Shown one piece after another: positions 29,557-40,335 of a stretch of DNA of 64,000 bases (position 1 is the first letter of the stretch; each line of letters begins with the position of its first letter). Source of the DNA: Bacilli bacterium (lineage in GTDB: Bacteria > Bacillota_I > Bacilli_A > ML615J-28 > CAG-698); assembly GCA_050953065.1 (NCBI GenBank), contig JBMNLZ010000003.1, forward strand, positions 506,853 to 570,852, given 5' to 3'. The translations under genes and the position numbers were made by a program. The notes below the pieces were generated by a model. That model was not told where the DNA came from and did no database searches. It saw only the letters and a program-made list of their open reading frames with translations.

Positions 29557-32500
29557 CTATCTAGGAGCTACAATTAAAATTGCATTCCCATTAGTTCTTA
29601 ATGTATTAGTATTAGTATCAGCATTATAGTTAGGACTATTAGTAACTGTGAAAGCAGATGCATTTCCATATGCAGTTCCAGTTCTAATAATCATAGTAGA
29701 ACTTCCTCCACCATCTAAGTTATAAGCTTCAATACATCTATAATATGCCATCATAGCTTGCATTTCTTCAACTCTCATACCATACATTTGATAGCCATCT
29801 CTTGTTTGTCTACCATCAACAACAACCATTACAATAGTACCATCAGCTTTTTTACCAATTACAGTTCTTGGGTGACGGACACTAAACAAACTGTCTGCTT
29901 CAAGTCCCGTAACAATTGCATTATTGTTAATAAATGCATGTCTACAACCAGTTGCACTCTTAACATTAGCCATTGCACCTGTGTATTCCCATTGTACTCT
30001 AGCAGTATTGCCAACTGCTAATAAATTATTTAAAGTTGCATTATTACTTACAATTCCAAATTGACCTTTATCTAAAGTAGCTGAAGTTGGAATTGAAGTA
30101 ACACTACCTTTACCATAAAATTCAACTGAACTATTAGCTAAAACTGCTTGATTAGTTCCTGCTGCAACAACATATAGTTTTGCAGATCCTGCACTAACTG
30201 CTTTTGGATTAAATGTAGTCTTATCACTCCATGTACCAAAGAAGACACTAATTGCTCCAGCTGCAGGTGCAGAGTTTCTTCCTGTAACATCAAACTTTTG
30301 AGTACCAACTGTTAGAACCATCTTTCTATCTGGTGTTCCACCACCAGCTATCATATTATTTATAGTACCATCATTAGTAAATCCTATTGTTACTATATTA
30401 CCAGCACTCTTATAGAATTCACCATCAGAAACTGTCGCACCCATTGTTTGATATGGAGGTGCACCAGTACCACCTAAATCAAAGAAGTCAGCATTAATTC
30501 CCGCAATTACTTTCCAGCCTGGATTTTTATTTTCATAATCAACAGCTGAACTTGTTAGTGTTGCAAGTTGCCAGCCATATTTATTTGGAGTTGCTCTCCA
30601 TACTACAATTTTTTTAGTTGTTGCTTTATCTACGTGTAAAACATTTACTTGTTGAGTAACTGGAGTTGCTTGTGCACTAGTCCACTTAGTTGTTGCTTTA
30701 TACTTACCTTGAGTAACTCCATATCCTACACTCTTAGTAGAAAGTGTAGCTGTAACCGTATAAGTTCCAGGAGTAGTTATCGGAGGAGTATCAGTTCCAA
30801 TTGTTAAAGTAATTGTTCCAGATCCTTTTGAAGGATGAGTTGCAGTAATTGTTGCACTTCCTGCTTTTGAAGCAGTAATTGTTCCATACGTTGAAACTGT
30901 AGCAACACTTGAATCACTTGTTGTAAATGTACATTCAGTTCTAGAAACACTTGTTCCACCTGAATCTTTTACAAAAATTTGATACCCAGCTCCACCTACT
31001 GGAATAGTTCCAGATGGATCTTGAGTTAAAGTAAGTGAACCTGTTGGAGGAGGCGTAGTCCCACCACCAATTGTTAAAACAATTGAACCTGTTCCTTTTG
31101 TTGCGTGAGTTACATTGATTGTTACTGTACCAGCTTTTAAAGCTGAGATTGTTCCATATTGACTAACTGTTGCAATTGTAGCATCACTTGGTGTAAATGT
31201 ACATTCAAGACGAGAAACACTTGCACCACCTGAATCTGTAATATATAATTGATAACCTGTTGCACCAACCTCAATTGCCCCAGTTGGACTTTGAGAAACA
31301 CTTAAAGTACCACTAGGAGCCGCAGTAACTGTTACTGCACATGTTGCTTTTACTGATGTGTTAGCAACTGAAGTTGCTGTAATTGTTGCACTACCTGCTG
31401 CAACACCTGTTACAACACCACTTGAAGATACCGTTGCAACACTCGTTGCACTACTTGACCAAGTTACACTTGTATTACTTGCATTTGTTACTGTTGCTGT
31501 TAATGTCTTTGTTGTCCCAGCAACAAGTGATAAAGTTGTATCTGAAATATTTATAGTTGGTAAAGCAGGAGCTGAAACTGTCACACTTGCTTGAGCTTGA
31601 ATACTATTGTTTCCATTTAGTTTTGCAATAATGTTTGCACTACCTTGAGCTACTGCTGTAACTTTTCCATTACTATCTACTGTTGCAACACTTGTATTAC
31701 TACTGCTCCATGAAACTGATTTATCAGTTAAAGATGCTGCTACTACTGTTGCTGTAATTGTTGCAGTGCCTCCTACTGTTAAATTAAGTGCAGTTGGATT
31801 TAACGTAACACTCATTTGATCAGTTACTTGAATTTGATGAGTTCCTTTAATGCTTCCTGAAACAATTGAAGTTGCTGTGATTGTTGCAGTGCCTACTTTC
31901 ATTCCAGTTACTCTACCATTTGCATCTATGGTTGCAACTGTAGAATCACTAGAAGTCCATGTAACTGCACTACTTGCTCCAACTGGATAAGCTGCTGCAG
32001 TTAAGATTATATTTTGTCCATAACTAACTGTTGATGCTCCACTAATTGTAATTCCTGCTGGAAGCGGAATTACTGTTACATTAAAAATAGCTTTTTTATC
32101 AGGATCTCCAACAAGTGATGCTGTAATTTGAACAGATCCACCAGCAACACCCATCACCCAACCATTAGCATCAACTGTAGCAATGCTAGTGTTACTTGAT
32201 GAAAAAGTAAAAGTTGCAGGTTCGCTAGCTGGAGTATAAGTTACATTTAATTTTGCTTTATTTCCAACTAATACTTCATTAGCACCAGAGAGAGTAATTG
32301 AAGTAATTGGGCTAGCTGAAGTTTCAGCTTCTTTTACAAGCAAAGTAAATGTTCCATATACTTCTAAATTATCTGCTAAAACTACAGTAATAGTAACAAC
32401 ACCAGTTGATATTCCTGTTACAATTCCAAATTCATTAACTGTAGCTTTTGTATCATCATCACTTGACCATACAAGAGCACCTGTAATACTACCTTTATCA

Positions 32501-33186
32501 GGACTAACAGTTAATACAATTGAATCACTTGTATTAACAAAATTGCTTCCACTAATAATTAATGATGTTGGTAGAATTGTAACTACAGTTCCAGCTCTAA
32601 CCGTTACATCAATAATTACTGAAACGCCATTAACAATAGCAATTATTTTTGCATTACCTGCAGCAACGCCAGTAATTATACCATTAGTATCTACTGTAAC
32701 AACACTTGTATTATTCGATAACCAATTAACAGCACCAGTATATAAGTTACTGCCTTTTAAAACTTGCAATGCTAACATTTCACCAACTTCAATACTTACA
32801 TTACCATTTGCGATTGAATAATTATCTAATACCGGTTGTTCATCTGGCTTGTTATTATCTGTCTCATCTGGTAGTGGATCTATTACAGTAACATTAACAA
32901 TTGCAGTAACTTGCGTTCCAATTACCACAATTGTTAGATTAGCATTACCAACACTAACCCCTTGAACTATTCCATTTGAAACTGTAAAGACATTTGTATT
33001 GCCAGAAATATATTGCACTCCCTTAGTTGCTCCAGTGATTGTTGGATTGATAGATACAAAATCTCCAACCTCAACTTCAATTGCAGCATCCTTAATTGTA
33101 ATTGTTGCTTCAATTGATTCAGTTTGCAAACATCCAACTAAAACAAAAGCAAACATACAAACAAATAATAACATTATTTTTCTCAT
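29557..33186 (-). CDS. Ig-stalk lipoprotein with C-terminal phosphodiester glycosidase (NAGPA-like) domain
   Basis: Lipobox LVGC; Big_2 repeats; AGINADFF, HPRTVIG, VDGRQ, NLDGGGSS motifs. Confidence 0.88.
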   Translation of the reverse strand: MRKIMLLFVCMFAFVLVGCLQTESIEATITIKDAAIEVEVGDFVSINPTITGATKGVQYISGNTNVFTVSNGIVQGVSVGNANLTIVVIGTQVTAIVNVTVIDPLPDETDNNKPDEQPVLDNYSIANGNVSIEVGEMLALQVLKGSNLYTGAVNWLSNNTSVVTVDTNGIITGVAAGNAKIIAIVNGVSVIIDVTVRAGTVVTILPTSLIISGSNFVNTSDSIVLTVSPDKGSITGALVWSSDDDTKATVNEFGIVTGISTGVVTITVVLADNLEVYGTFTLLVKEAETSASPITSITLSGANEVLVGNKAKLNVTYTPASEPATFTFSSSNTSIATVDANGWVMGVAGGSVQITASLVGDPDKKAIFNVTVIPLPAGITISGASTVSYGQNIILTAAAYPVGASSAVTWTSSDSTVATIDANGRVTGMKVGTATITATSIVSGSIKGTHQIQVTDQMSVTLNPTALNLTVGGTATITATVVAASLTDKSVSWSSSNTSVATVDSNGKVTAVAQGSANIIAKLNGNNSIQAQASVTVSAPALPTINISDTTLSLVAGTTKTLTATVTNASNTSVTWSSSATSVATVSSSGVVTGVAAGSATITATSVANTSVKATCAVTVTAAPSGTLSVSQSPTGAIEVGATGYQLYITDSGGASVSRLECTFTPSDATIATVSQYGTISALKAGTVTINVTHATKGTGSIVLTIGGGTTPPPTGSLTLTQDPSGTIPVGGAGYQIFVKDSGGTSVSRTECTFTTSDSSVATVSTYGTITASKAGSATITATHPSKGSGTITLTIGTDTPPITTPGTYTVTATLSTKSVGYGVTQGKYKATTKWTSAQATPVTQQVNVLHVDKATTKKIVVWRATPNKYGWQLATLTSSAVDYENKNPGWKVIAGINADFFDLGGTGAPPYQTMGATVSDGEFYKSAGNIVTIGFTNDGTINNMIAGGGTPDRKMVLTVGTQKFDVTGRNSAPAAGAISVFFGTWSDKTTFNPKAVSAGSAKLYVVAAGTNQAVLANSSVEFYGKGSVTSIPTSATLDKGQFGIVSNNATLNNLLAVGNTARVQWEYTGAMANVKSATGCRHAFINNNAIVTGLEADSLFSVRHPRTVIGKKADGTIVMVVVDGRQTRDGYQMYGMRVEEMQAMMAYYRCIEAYNLDGGGSSTMIIRTGTAYGNASAFTVTNSPNYNADTNTNTLRTNGNAILIVAPR

Positions 33187-33278
33187 ACTTTTTCTCCTTT
33201 TTTAAAAATCAAACAAAACTTCTCATTATACTAAACTTATTATACTATAACATTCTATTAAAATCTATGTTTTTAAAT

Positions 33279-33316
33279 AAAAAGTACCTTAAAAAGTTTT
33301 TTCTTAAGGTACTTTT
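33279..33316 (-). terminator. Intrinsic terminator after the GDPD lipoprotein
   Basis: aaaagtaccttaa..ttaaggtactttt inverted repeat. Confidence 0.75.
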
Positions 33317-33357
33317 AACTAGTATAAACATTTTATTAGTCTTCAAACATTAAATTT

Positions 33358-36297
33358 TTATGCATATTTTTTAACAACAGTTGATCCACTATGATATAAA
33401 TAATCAGTTGTTATCATATCAATTCCATATCCAATTTGAGTAACTGCAGTTGCCGCAGTATTCAAAGTATATGAATTAACCTTTAATCCTTTGTTATGAA
33501 ATTCTGTAACCATTGCTTGAGTTAATGCCCCATATGCGATATCAAGTGAAATGTTTTTTGATAAAGCCCAAGATTTATATGAATTATAACTATCTGTAGA
33601 CCCACACAACCATTGTAATGTAGCGTCACTATAACTTGCTCTAATAGCATCTAATACTGCTCTCATTGAAGTCATAAAAACAGTGTTTTGATACCAACCC
33701 TTACTCTTAACAAATTCAACCAAAGCACCTGTCTTACTTGTATCGTTAGTGTTAAGTCCTGTTGTCCATTTAATTTCAATAACTGCAATAACTTTATGTT
33801 GTTTACATAAATCTAGGTAATCACCCAAACTCATTATCTTACCAGTGTATGTTCCTGCAGGAGGATAAGATGTTGATCTTGTTTGAGTAACTGTCATTGC
33901 TTGAAGTTGGGCTAGTGTTTTTGATTCTGGAGTTGACTCACTTTTTGGTTCTGTTAACACTCTTTCTCCACTTGAATCATTCAAATAAGAATTATGGAAA
34001 ATAACAAATTGATTATCTTTTGTTACTCTAATGTCACATTCTAAAGCTTTATATCCTCTAGCAATTCCTTCTAAGAAAGCTTCTCTAGTATTTGAGACAA
34101 ATGGTCCGTTACATCCACGATGTCCTACCCAAGTAAATGATGGATTAACCAATTCCCCAGGAGGAGTTGAGCCACCTCCACTAGTAATTGTTAGAGTAAT
34201 TGTTCCAGCACCCTTTGTTGCGTGAGTTACATTAATTGTTACTGTACCAGCTTTTAAAGCTGAGATTGTTCCATATTGACTAACTGTTGCAATTGTAGCA
34301 TCACTTGGTGTAAATGTACATTCAAGACGAGAAACATTTGTGCCACTTGAATCTTTTACATATAGTTGATAGCCACTTGCTCCTACTTGAATTGTTGCGC
34401 TTGGGTCAGCTGTTACAGTTAAACCTGTAGTAGGTGGTGCAGTTACTGTTACTGCACATGTTGCTTTTACTGATGTATCGGCAACTGAAGTTGCTGTAAT
34501 TGTTGCTGTTCCTGCTTTAACTGCTGTAACCTTTCCATTACTATCTACTGTTGCAATACTTGTTGCACTACTTGACCAAGTTACTGAAGTATTACTAGTA
34601 TTACCTACTGTTGCAGTTAAAGTCTTTGTATCACCTACAACTAACGATAATGTATTATTTGAAAGGCTAATCGTCGGCAAACTAGGAGCGGTAACTGTCA
34701 CACTTGCTTGAGCTTGAATACTATTATTTGCATTAAGCTTTGCAATAATGTTTGCTGATCCAGCTGCTACTGCTGTTACTTTTCCATTACTGTCTACTGT
34801 TGCAACACTTGTATTACTACTGCTCCATGAAACTGACTTATCAGTTAGGGATGCTGCTACTACTGTTGCTGTTAATGTTTGATTAGATCCAGCCACTAGA
34901 TTTAATGAAGTAGGATTTAAAGTAATACTCATTTGATCAGTTACTGTTACCTGATGAGTTGCTTTAATGCTTGCACTTACTATTGAAGTTGCTGTGATTG
35001 TTGCAGTACCTACTTTCATTCCAGTTACTCTACCATTTACATCTATGGTTACAACTGTAGAATCACTTGAAGTCCACGTAACTATGTTTGTTGCTCCTGT
35101 TGGAATTGCTGTTGCTGTTAGAATTATATTTTGTCCATAACTAACTGTTGATGCTCCACTAATTGTAATTCCTGTTGGAAGAGGAATTACAGTTACGGTA
35201 AAGTTTGCTTTCTTTTCAGGATCTCCAACAAGTGATGCTGTAATTTGAACAACACCTCCAGAAACTCCTGTTACCCAGCCTGCTGCATCTACTATTGCAA
35301 CACTAGTGTTGCTTGAAGCATAAGTAAACGTTGCAGGTTCATTAGCTGGAGTATATGTTACATTTAATTTAATTTTATTTCCCTGTAATACTTCATTAGC
35401 TCCAGAAAGATTAATTGAAGTAATTGGACTGGCTGAAGTTTCAGATTCTTTTACGACTAAAGTAAATGTATTTGAAACAGATGTATCATCTGTTAGAGTT
35501 GCTGTGATTGTTACAATTCCTGTTGCAACACCTGTTACAATTCCAAATTCATTTACTGTTGCTTTTGAATTATCACTACTTGTCCAAGTAATGCCTGTTA
35601 TATTTCCTTGATTTGGAGTTACAGTTAAAATAACTGAATCACTAACATTAACAAAACTACTTCCGTTAATTATAAGTGATGTTGGTTTAACTACTACCGC
35701 CCCATCTGTTCTTACGTTAACAACGATTGTTGCTGTTTGATTATCAATAATTACAATAATTGTTGTTGTCCCTGCTTGATTAGCAGTCAGGATTCCATTA
35801 GCATCAATTGATGCAACCTCACTATTTTGACTCATCCAAATAATATCATCATTTAAATAAGTTGAATCACCATAATTTGCTCTAAAGATTTCACTTTCTC
35901 CAACCTTTAGGTTTTGATTTCCAATTATAGTAATTTCTTTTACTTCTGTCTCTACATCTTCTTCATCAATAGAAGATGTAGCTTCAACTACCTTGATTGC
36001 TATGTTTGCTTTTGCTTCAATATTTGAAGGTGTCTCTTTAGCCTCAATTGTTAGAAAAGCCAATCCTACACTAACTCCATAAATTATTCCATCTTCAACC
36101 GTAAAGATGTCTTCATCAGAAGTAATAAATTCAAAAGGTCCTGTATGGTTACTATCAAATTCAACCCTAACAAAATCTCCAACTTCTAATTCAATCATAG
36201 CTTTTTCAGGTGCAATCTTAATTATAACAGGCCCTAAACAGCCCGTTAATATAAATGCTAATATTATTGCGATTATTAATGTTTTAATTTTTTTCAT
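33358..36297 (-). CDS. Ig-stalk lipoprotein with C-terminal glycerophosphodiester phosphodiesterase (GDPD) domain
   Basis: Lipobox LTGC; Big_2 repeats; GHRG..SNT..AF, LECDIRVTKD..VIFH, IEIK, YTLN..GIDMITTD. Confidence 0.9.
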   Translation of the reverse strand: MKKIKTLIIAIILAFILTGCLGPVIIKIAPEKAMIELEVGDFVRVEFDSNHTGPFEFITSDEDIFTVEDGIIYGVSVGLAFLTIEAKETPSNIEAKANIAIKVVEATSSIDEEDVETEVKEITIIGNQNLKVGESEIFRANYGDSTYLNDDIIWMSQNSEVASIDANGILTANQAGTTTIIVIIDNQTATIVVNVRTDGAVVVKPTSLIINGSSFVNVSDSVILTVTPNQGNITGITWTSSDNSKATVNEFGIVTGVATGIVTITATLTDDTSVSNTFTLVVKESETSASPITSINLSGANEVLQGNKIKLNVTYTPANEPATFTYASSNTSVAIVDAAGWVTGVSGGVVQITASLVGDPEKKANFTVTVIPLPTGITISGASTVSYGQNIILTATAIPTGATNIVTWTSSDSTVVTIDVNGRVTGMKVGTATITATSIVSASIKATHQVTVTDQMSITLNPTSLNLVAGSNQTLTATVVAASLTDKSVSWSSSNTSVATVDSNGKVTAVAAGSANIIAKLNANNSIQAQASVTVTAPSLPTISLSNNTLSLVVGDTKTLTATVGNTSNTSVTWSSSATSIATVDSNGKVTAVKAGTATITATSVADTSVKATCAVTVTAPPTTGLTVTADPSATIQVGASGYQLYVKDSSGTNVSRLECTFTPSDATIATVSQYGTISALKAGTVTINVTHATKGAGTITLTITSGGGSTPPGELVNPSFTWVGHRGCNGPFVSNTREAFLEGIARGYKALECDIRVTKDNQFVIFHNSYLNDSSGERVLTEPKSESTPESKTLAQLQAMTVTQTRSTSYPPAGTYTGKIMSLGDYLDLCKQHKVIAVIEIKWTTGLNTNDTSKTGALVEFVKSKGWYQNTVFMTSMRAVLDAIRASYSDATLQWLCGSTDSYNSYKSWALSKNISLDIAYGALTQAMVTEFHNKGLKVNSYTLNTAATAVTQIGYGIDMITTDYLYHSGSTVVKKYA

Positions 36298-36373
36298 TAA
36301 ATCACTCCTTAATTTGTTAAAAGCTTTTTACATCTATATTATACCTATAAATATTTGTTTAGTCTAATATATT

Positions 36374-37909
36374 TTAAACGTCTTCAGTTTCCATTAATTT
36401 TATCTTAGACTTTTTCTTTTTATTATATAAAAACGCACAAACAAAAGTTGCAATCGGAACAATTGAAATTAAAACCAAACATCCAATTAAAGCTTGAACA
36501 ATTTCAATCACAATCTCTTCTCTTAAAAGTAAAATCTCCGTATCAACAAAACTCATCATAAAAACAATAAAAGCTAAACTAGACCCAGCATAAGCTAAAA
36601 TCAAAGTACTAGACATAGTCCCTATCATATCACGCCCTACTACTCCACCTGACTTAATTGTTTGTTTAAAGGAAGGGTGCATAGATTCATCACTAATTTC
36701 TTTCAAAGCAGAACACATTGAAATCCCCATATCCATAACTGCTCCAAGCGTTCCAATTGTAATTGCTCCAAACAATAAAGCTCTCATATCAATTGGAGTA
36801 TCCAAAATTATCCCTCTACTAAAAATACGGTACTCCTCAACTGTAGTATTCCCCGACAAACTTAAAATGCTTCTTAAAATTATCGTTAGTATTGCACCAA
36901 GCAAAACACCAACAAAACAAGAGATAATTGAAGCAAGTCCTTTTTTATTAACACCAACTATTAAAAGAGTTGTTACAAGTATTGTATATATACAAATTAT
37001 AATCGTCCATAAATAAATATTTCTTCCTGATATAATAGCAGGAATATACACAACAAAAACTCCAATAAAAGTAAGTGCTACTGCAAAAGCAGACATCAAA
37101 CCTTTATACTTACCATAAATTATTAAAAAAAGTAAAAAAACAATTGCTAGAATTATTAAAGCATTTATTCGATCATAAGCATAAAAATTCCAAGTAACAT
37201 CTTCTACAAAGACAGCCCTTAAAACAATGTTAGAGTTTATTTCTTCATTAAATAAAAACTCACTTCCTTCATAAAACCAACCAAAGAAATGAAAGCCTTC
37301 TTTTATAGGGTCTTCTACTGGTTTAGTTAAAATACTTCCCTTTAAAAGTTCTTCATGAGTAATATCATTATCTATAACATAACTAACTGTAACATATCCT
37401 TCACTTGCTATAGGTTGATTAACTTCTGCTTCTGTTTTCCAAAGAATTGCAGTTGGGTCTTTATAAACTCTTAACTTCTTACCAACTTTAATTTTATCTT
37501 GTGAGTAATTATTATTAGATAACGTTAATTCTTGATAACATCTAATGATTTCTCCTTTATTATCTCCTTTTAAAACTCTACAATCAAAAACAACAAAAAC
37601 TTTAAAAGACTCAACCTCAATAGTTAAAGTTTCTCCATTGATTGTTTGAGTATTTTCATAACTTTGATCTTCTACAGTCTCTCCTACTATATCAACAACC
37701 CTTACAAGTTGAATTGGACCAGGAGGAGATTCAAACCAAAAATCATAAACACTATATTTAAAACTACAAAGCACTATAAATATAATCGCTAAAACCAAAG
37801 TAGAAATAACTACAATAAAATGTTTTAAATTGAATGTAGTTTTAAAATAATCTTTAATTTTTAAAAATAAATCTTTAAAAAACTTTAATGTTTTTTTCAT
37901 ACATTTCAC
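36374..37909 (-). CDS. YibE/F family membrane protein with an inserted InlB-B/Flg_new-like repeat
   Basis: YDR..GxxKG, GAVMD, GRDMIGTMSSTLILAYAGSS; insert P.KEGFHFFGWF..FNEEINSNIVLRAVF. Confidence 0.85.
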   Translation of the reverse strand: MKCMKKTLKFFKDLFLKIKDYFKTTFNLKHFIVVISTLVLAIIFIVLCSFKYSVYDFWFESPPGPIQLVRVVDIVGETVEDQSYENTQTINGETLTIEVESFKVFVVFDCRVLKGDNKGEIIRCYQELTLSNNNYSQDKIKVGKKLRVYKDPTAILWKTEAEVNQPIASEGYVTVSYVIDNDITHEELLKGSILTKPVEDPIKEGFHFFGWFYEGSEFLFNEEINSNIVLRAVFVEDVTWNFYAYDRINALIILAIVFLLFLIIYGKYKGLMSAFAVALTFIGVFVVYIPAIISGRNIYLWTIIICIYTILVTTLLIVGVNKKGLASIISCFVGVLLGAILTIILRSILSLSGNTTVEEYRIFSRGIILDTPIDMRALLFGAITIGTLGAVMDMGISMCSALKEISDESMHPSFKQTIKSGGVVGRDMIGTMSSTLILAYAGSSLAFIVFMMSFVDTEILLLREEIVIEIVQALIGCLVLISIVPIATFVCAFLYNKKKKSKIKLMETEDV

Positions 37910-37975
37910 CTAAGTAATTTAATTATATAATTAAATCCACTTTAAAACAACAAAAAAATAGTTAAGCTTTTTTGC

Positions 37976-39238
37976 TTAACTATTTTTATAATTCCAAACA
38001 ACTTCTATCTCATCTGGATTCCATCCTTCATTCCATGAACCAGGTCGTGTTTCATGATAAACTTTAATTGTTAAATTATCACAACTAGAAAAAGCCCAAT
38101 CTTCAACCTCAACAACACTTTCTGGAATATAAACATTATTTAATTTATTTTTATTATAAAAAGAATAACCTGAAATATAAGTTACAGTATCAGGGATGAT
38201 AAAGTCTCCTTCTTTATCTTCTAAACATAAATCTAATTTATTACCTTCTTTATAAATTACTCCATCGCTATATTTAAACATTTCATTTTCTTTATCAAAA
38301 GTAACTTTAGTTAAACTATCACAGTCCCAAAAAGCATTTGGTGTGATGTGAGAAAGAGTGCTTGGGAAAATAATATTAACTATTTTATCACATGATGCAA
38401 AAGCTCCCATTCCAACCATTTCAACACCTTCTGGAATAACAATTTCTCCAGTTTTACCAGCAGGACAAACTATTAATTCTCTCATATCTTTAGAATATAA
38501 GATTCCATCATGACTTTTATAAGATTCATTACCTGGGTCTACATTAATATTTACTAAGTTACTTGCTTGCCAAAAAGCATGTTCTCCAACAACAAAGACT
38601 CCCCTACATTCCCAACAACCCCAAAAATCATTAATAACAATACTAATTACATTAGGACCAATATAAATTTCGTTTACATTATCACATCCTGTAAAGGCAT
38701 TAACATCAATTAATTCTATTTCTTCAGGAACAAAAAACTTTTCCATCTTTTTTCCTTCAGGACATCTAACAAGTGCTGTTTGTTCTTTATTGTATAAGAT
38801 ACCATCCATTGAAGAAAAAGCAACATTTCCTTCTTTTACTTCAAAACTTTTTAATTTATTACAACCTAAAAATGCATCAACAAAAAGCCAAGATAAAGTT
38901 GCTGGTAAAACTACTTCTTCTAAATCAGCACAGTCCCAAAACGCCTCAGCATTAATATACATAATCCCTTCAGGAATTGTTACTTCTTTTAAAGCACCGT
39001 ATCCAGAAAATGCTTGATAGCCAATTGTAGTAACATCTTTCCCCTTATAAGTAGTTGGTATTTCTATTTTTCTAACTGCTGCTTTATATTCAATTGTTTG
39101 GTTTCCAAAAATCTCATACGTATCATCTTCTAATAAATTATAACTAAATAATTCTTCAGTTTCTTCTAGTTTAGGTTTTTTGTTTTTACAACCCGTTAAA
39201 ACAAACAACATTAGAATTATTAATAATATTTTTTTCAT
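37976..39238 (-). CDS. BspA-like leucine-rich repeat (LRR_5) lipoprotein
   Basis: Lipobox LTGC; IPEG..I...AF..C..L repeats and DGILY.K..L..CP repeats. Confidence 0.88.
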   Translation of the reverse strand: MKKILLIILMLFVLTGCKNKKPKLEETEELFSYNLLEDDTYEIFGNQTIEYKAAVRKIEIPTTYKGKDVTTIGYQAFSGYGALKEVTIPEGIMYINAEAFWDCADLEEVVLPATLSWLFVDAFLGCNKLKSFEVKEGNVAFSSMDGILYNKEQTALVRCPEGKKMEKFFVPEEIELIDVNAFTGCDNVNEIYIGPNVISIVINDFWGCWECRGVFVVGEHAFWQASNLVNINVDPGNESYKSHDGILYSKDMRELIVCPAGKTGEIVIPEGVEMVGMGAFASCDKIVNIIFPSTLSHITPNAFWDCDSLTKVTFDKENEMFKYSDGVIYKEGNKLDLCLEDKEGDFIIPDTVTYISGYSFYNKNKLNNVYIPESVVEVEDWAFSSCDNLTIKVYHETRPGSWNEGWNPDEIEVVWNYKNS

Positions 39239-39348
39239 ATAGATTGCCTCCTTTATAAAATCAAACTACATAGATTATATCATTACTATCTTAATTAAAG
39301 GTTAGATTTGCTTTTTAAAAACAGTGGTTTATAAAAACCACTACTTTT

Positions 39349-40224
39349 TTAATTATTCTCTTCATAGTAATAAGAGTAATCAATCCCTTTCATAAAGAGT
39401 TCTCTATCATTAACTTTAATAGTTAAAGCAGACTTTAATAAATCTTTAATTTTTTTAGAATCATTTACACTTTCTCTCATTGCATTTAAATATGTAGTCT
39501 TATCAACCTTTGACCAATCAACACATTTTGAAATGCTTTTCTTTAATATTAAATCTAACCAGATCCGTGTTGCTCTACCATTTCCTTCCATAAACGGATG
39601 AGCAATATTCATCTCAACATATTTTTCAATAATTTCATCAAAAGATGATTCAGGCATTTTTTCAATTTTCTTTAAAGTACTTAGAAGATAATCTGCATTA
39701 GCAAACATAAAATCACCTTTAGAAATATTCTTTGTTCTAATTTGCTTCGCAAATTCATAAAGACCATCAAAGATATATGAATGGATTTGTTGCAGCCCTT
39801 TAATACTACCTATTTCTAATGTATCAAGCACATTACTGTCAAACAAGTTATAAGCTTTTTGTTTACTCTTCCCATCAAGTGAATTAGTTGAATCAACAAA
39901 CCATTCTAAAAATTTCACACCTTGATTAGTAGAAAACTCCTTAGCAAGCATCACAATTTCCTTAGCATCTAACATATCAGATTTATATTTTTTACCATCA
40001 CTTGCTTCTAGTTTCAGTTGGGTAGTATTACTACCCAACTGATGGTTATCTTTTTTTAATTTGGCTTTTAAATATTTCCAATAATTACGCACCTTTTTAT
40101 AATCAGCCTCATTCCTAATTGCTGATATAACATCTAGCACGCTAAAGTACCACGTATTAAGATTTTCATTCCAAATAGCTCTTACTTGTTTGTCGCTATA
40201 AAATCTAATAGAAATCTTACTCAT
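39349..40224 (-). CDS. fic: Bro-N-like domain fused to a Fic adenylyltransferase (class III-like)
   Basis: VRAIW..WYFSVLDVI..RNYWKYLK N-terminus; HPFMEGNGRATR Fic motif; C-terminal SYYYE. Confidence 0.88.
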   Translation of the reverse strand: MSKISIRFYSDKQVRAIWNENLNTWYFSVLDVISAIRNEADYKKVRNYWKYLKAKLKKDNHQLGSNTTQLKLEASDGKKYKSDMLDAKEIVMLAKEFSTNQGVKFLEWFVDSTNSLDGKSKQKAYNLFDSNVLDTLEIGSIKGLQQIHSYIFDGLYEFAKQIRTKNISKGDFMFANADYLLSTLKKIEKMPESSFDEIIEKYVEMNIAHPFMEGNGRATRIWLDLILKKSISKCVDWSKVDKTTYLNAMRESVNDSKKIKDLLKSALTIKVNDRELFMKGIDYSYYYEENN

Positions 40225-40335
40225 ATTTTCGCCACCTAAGACAATTTTCTAATATGTTTATTATACCATAATTTTAGTCTATTTTCAATAAATCAACCTT
40301 AATAAAAAATGAAGAAAAATTATTTTCTTCATTTA

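Noticed and set aside
29557-36297. Diversity-generating retroelement or invertible shufflon behind the repeated tracts
   Set aside because: No reverse transcriptase or recombinase in the window, repeats are direct and in-frame, and there is no adenine-specific mismatch pattern
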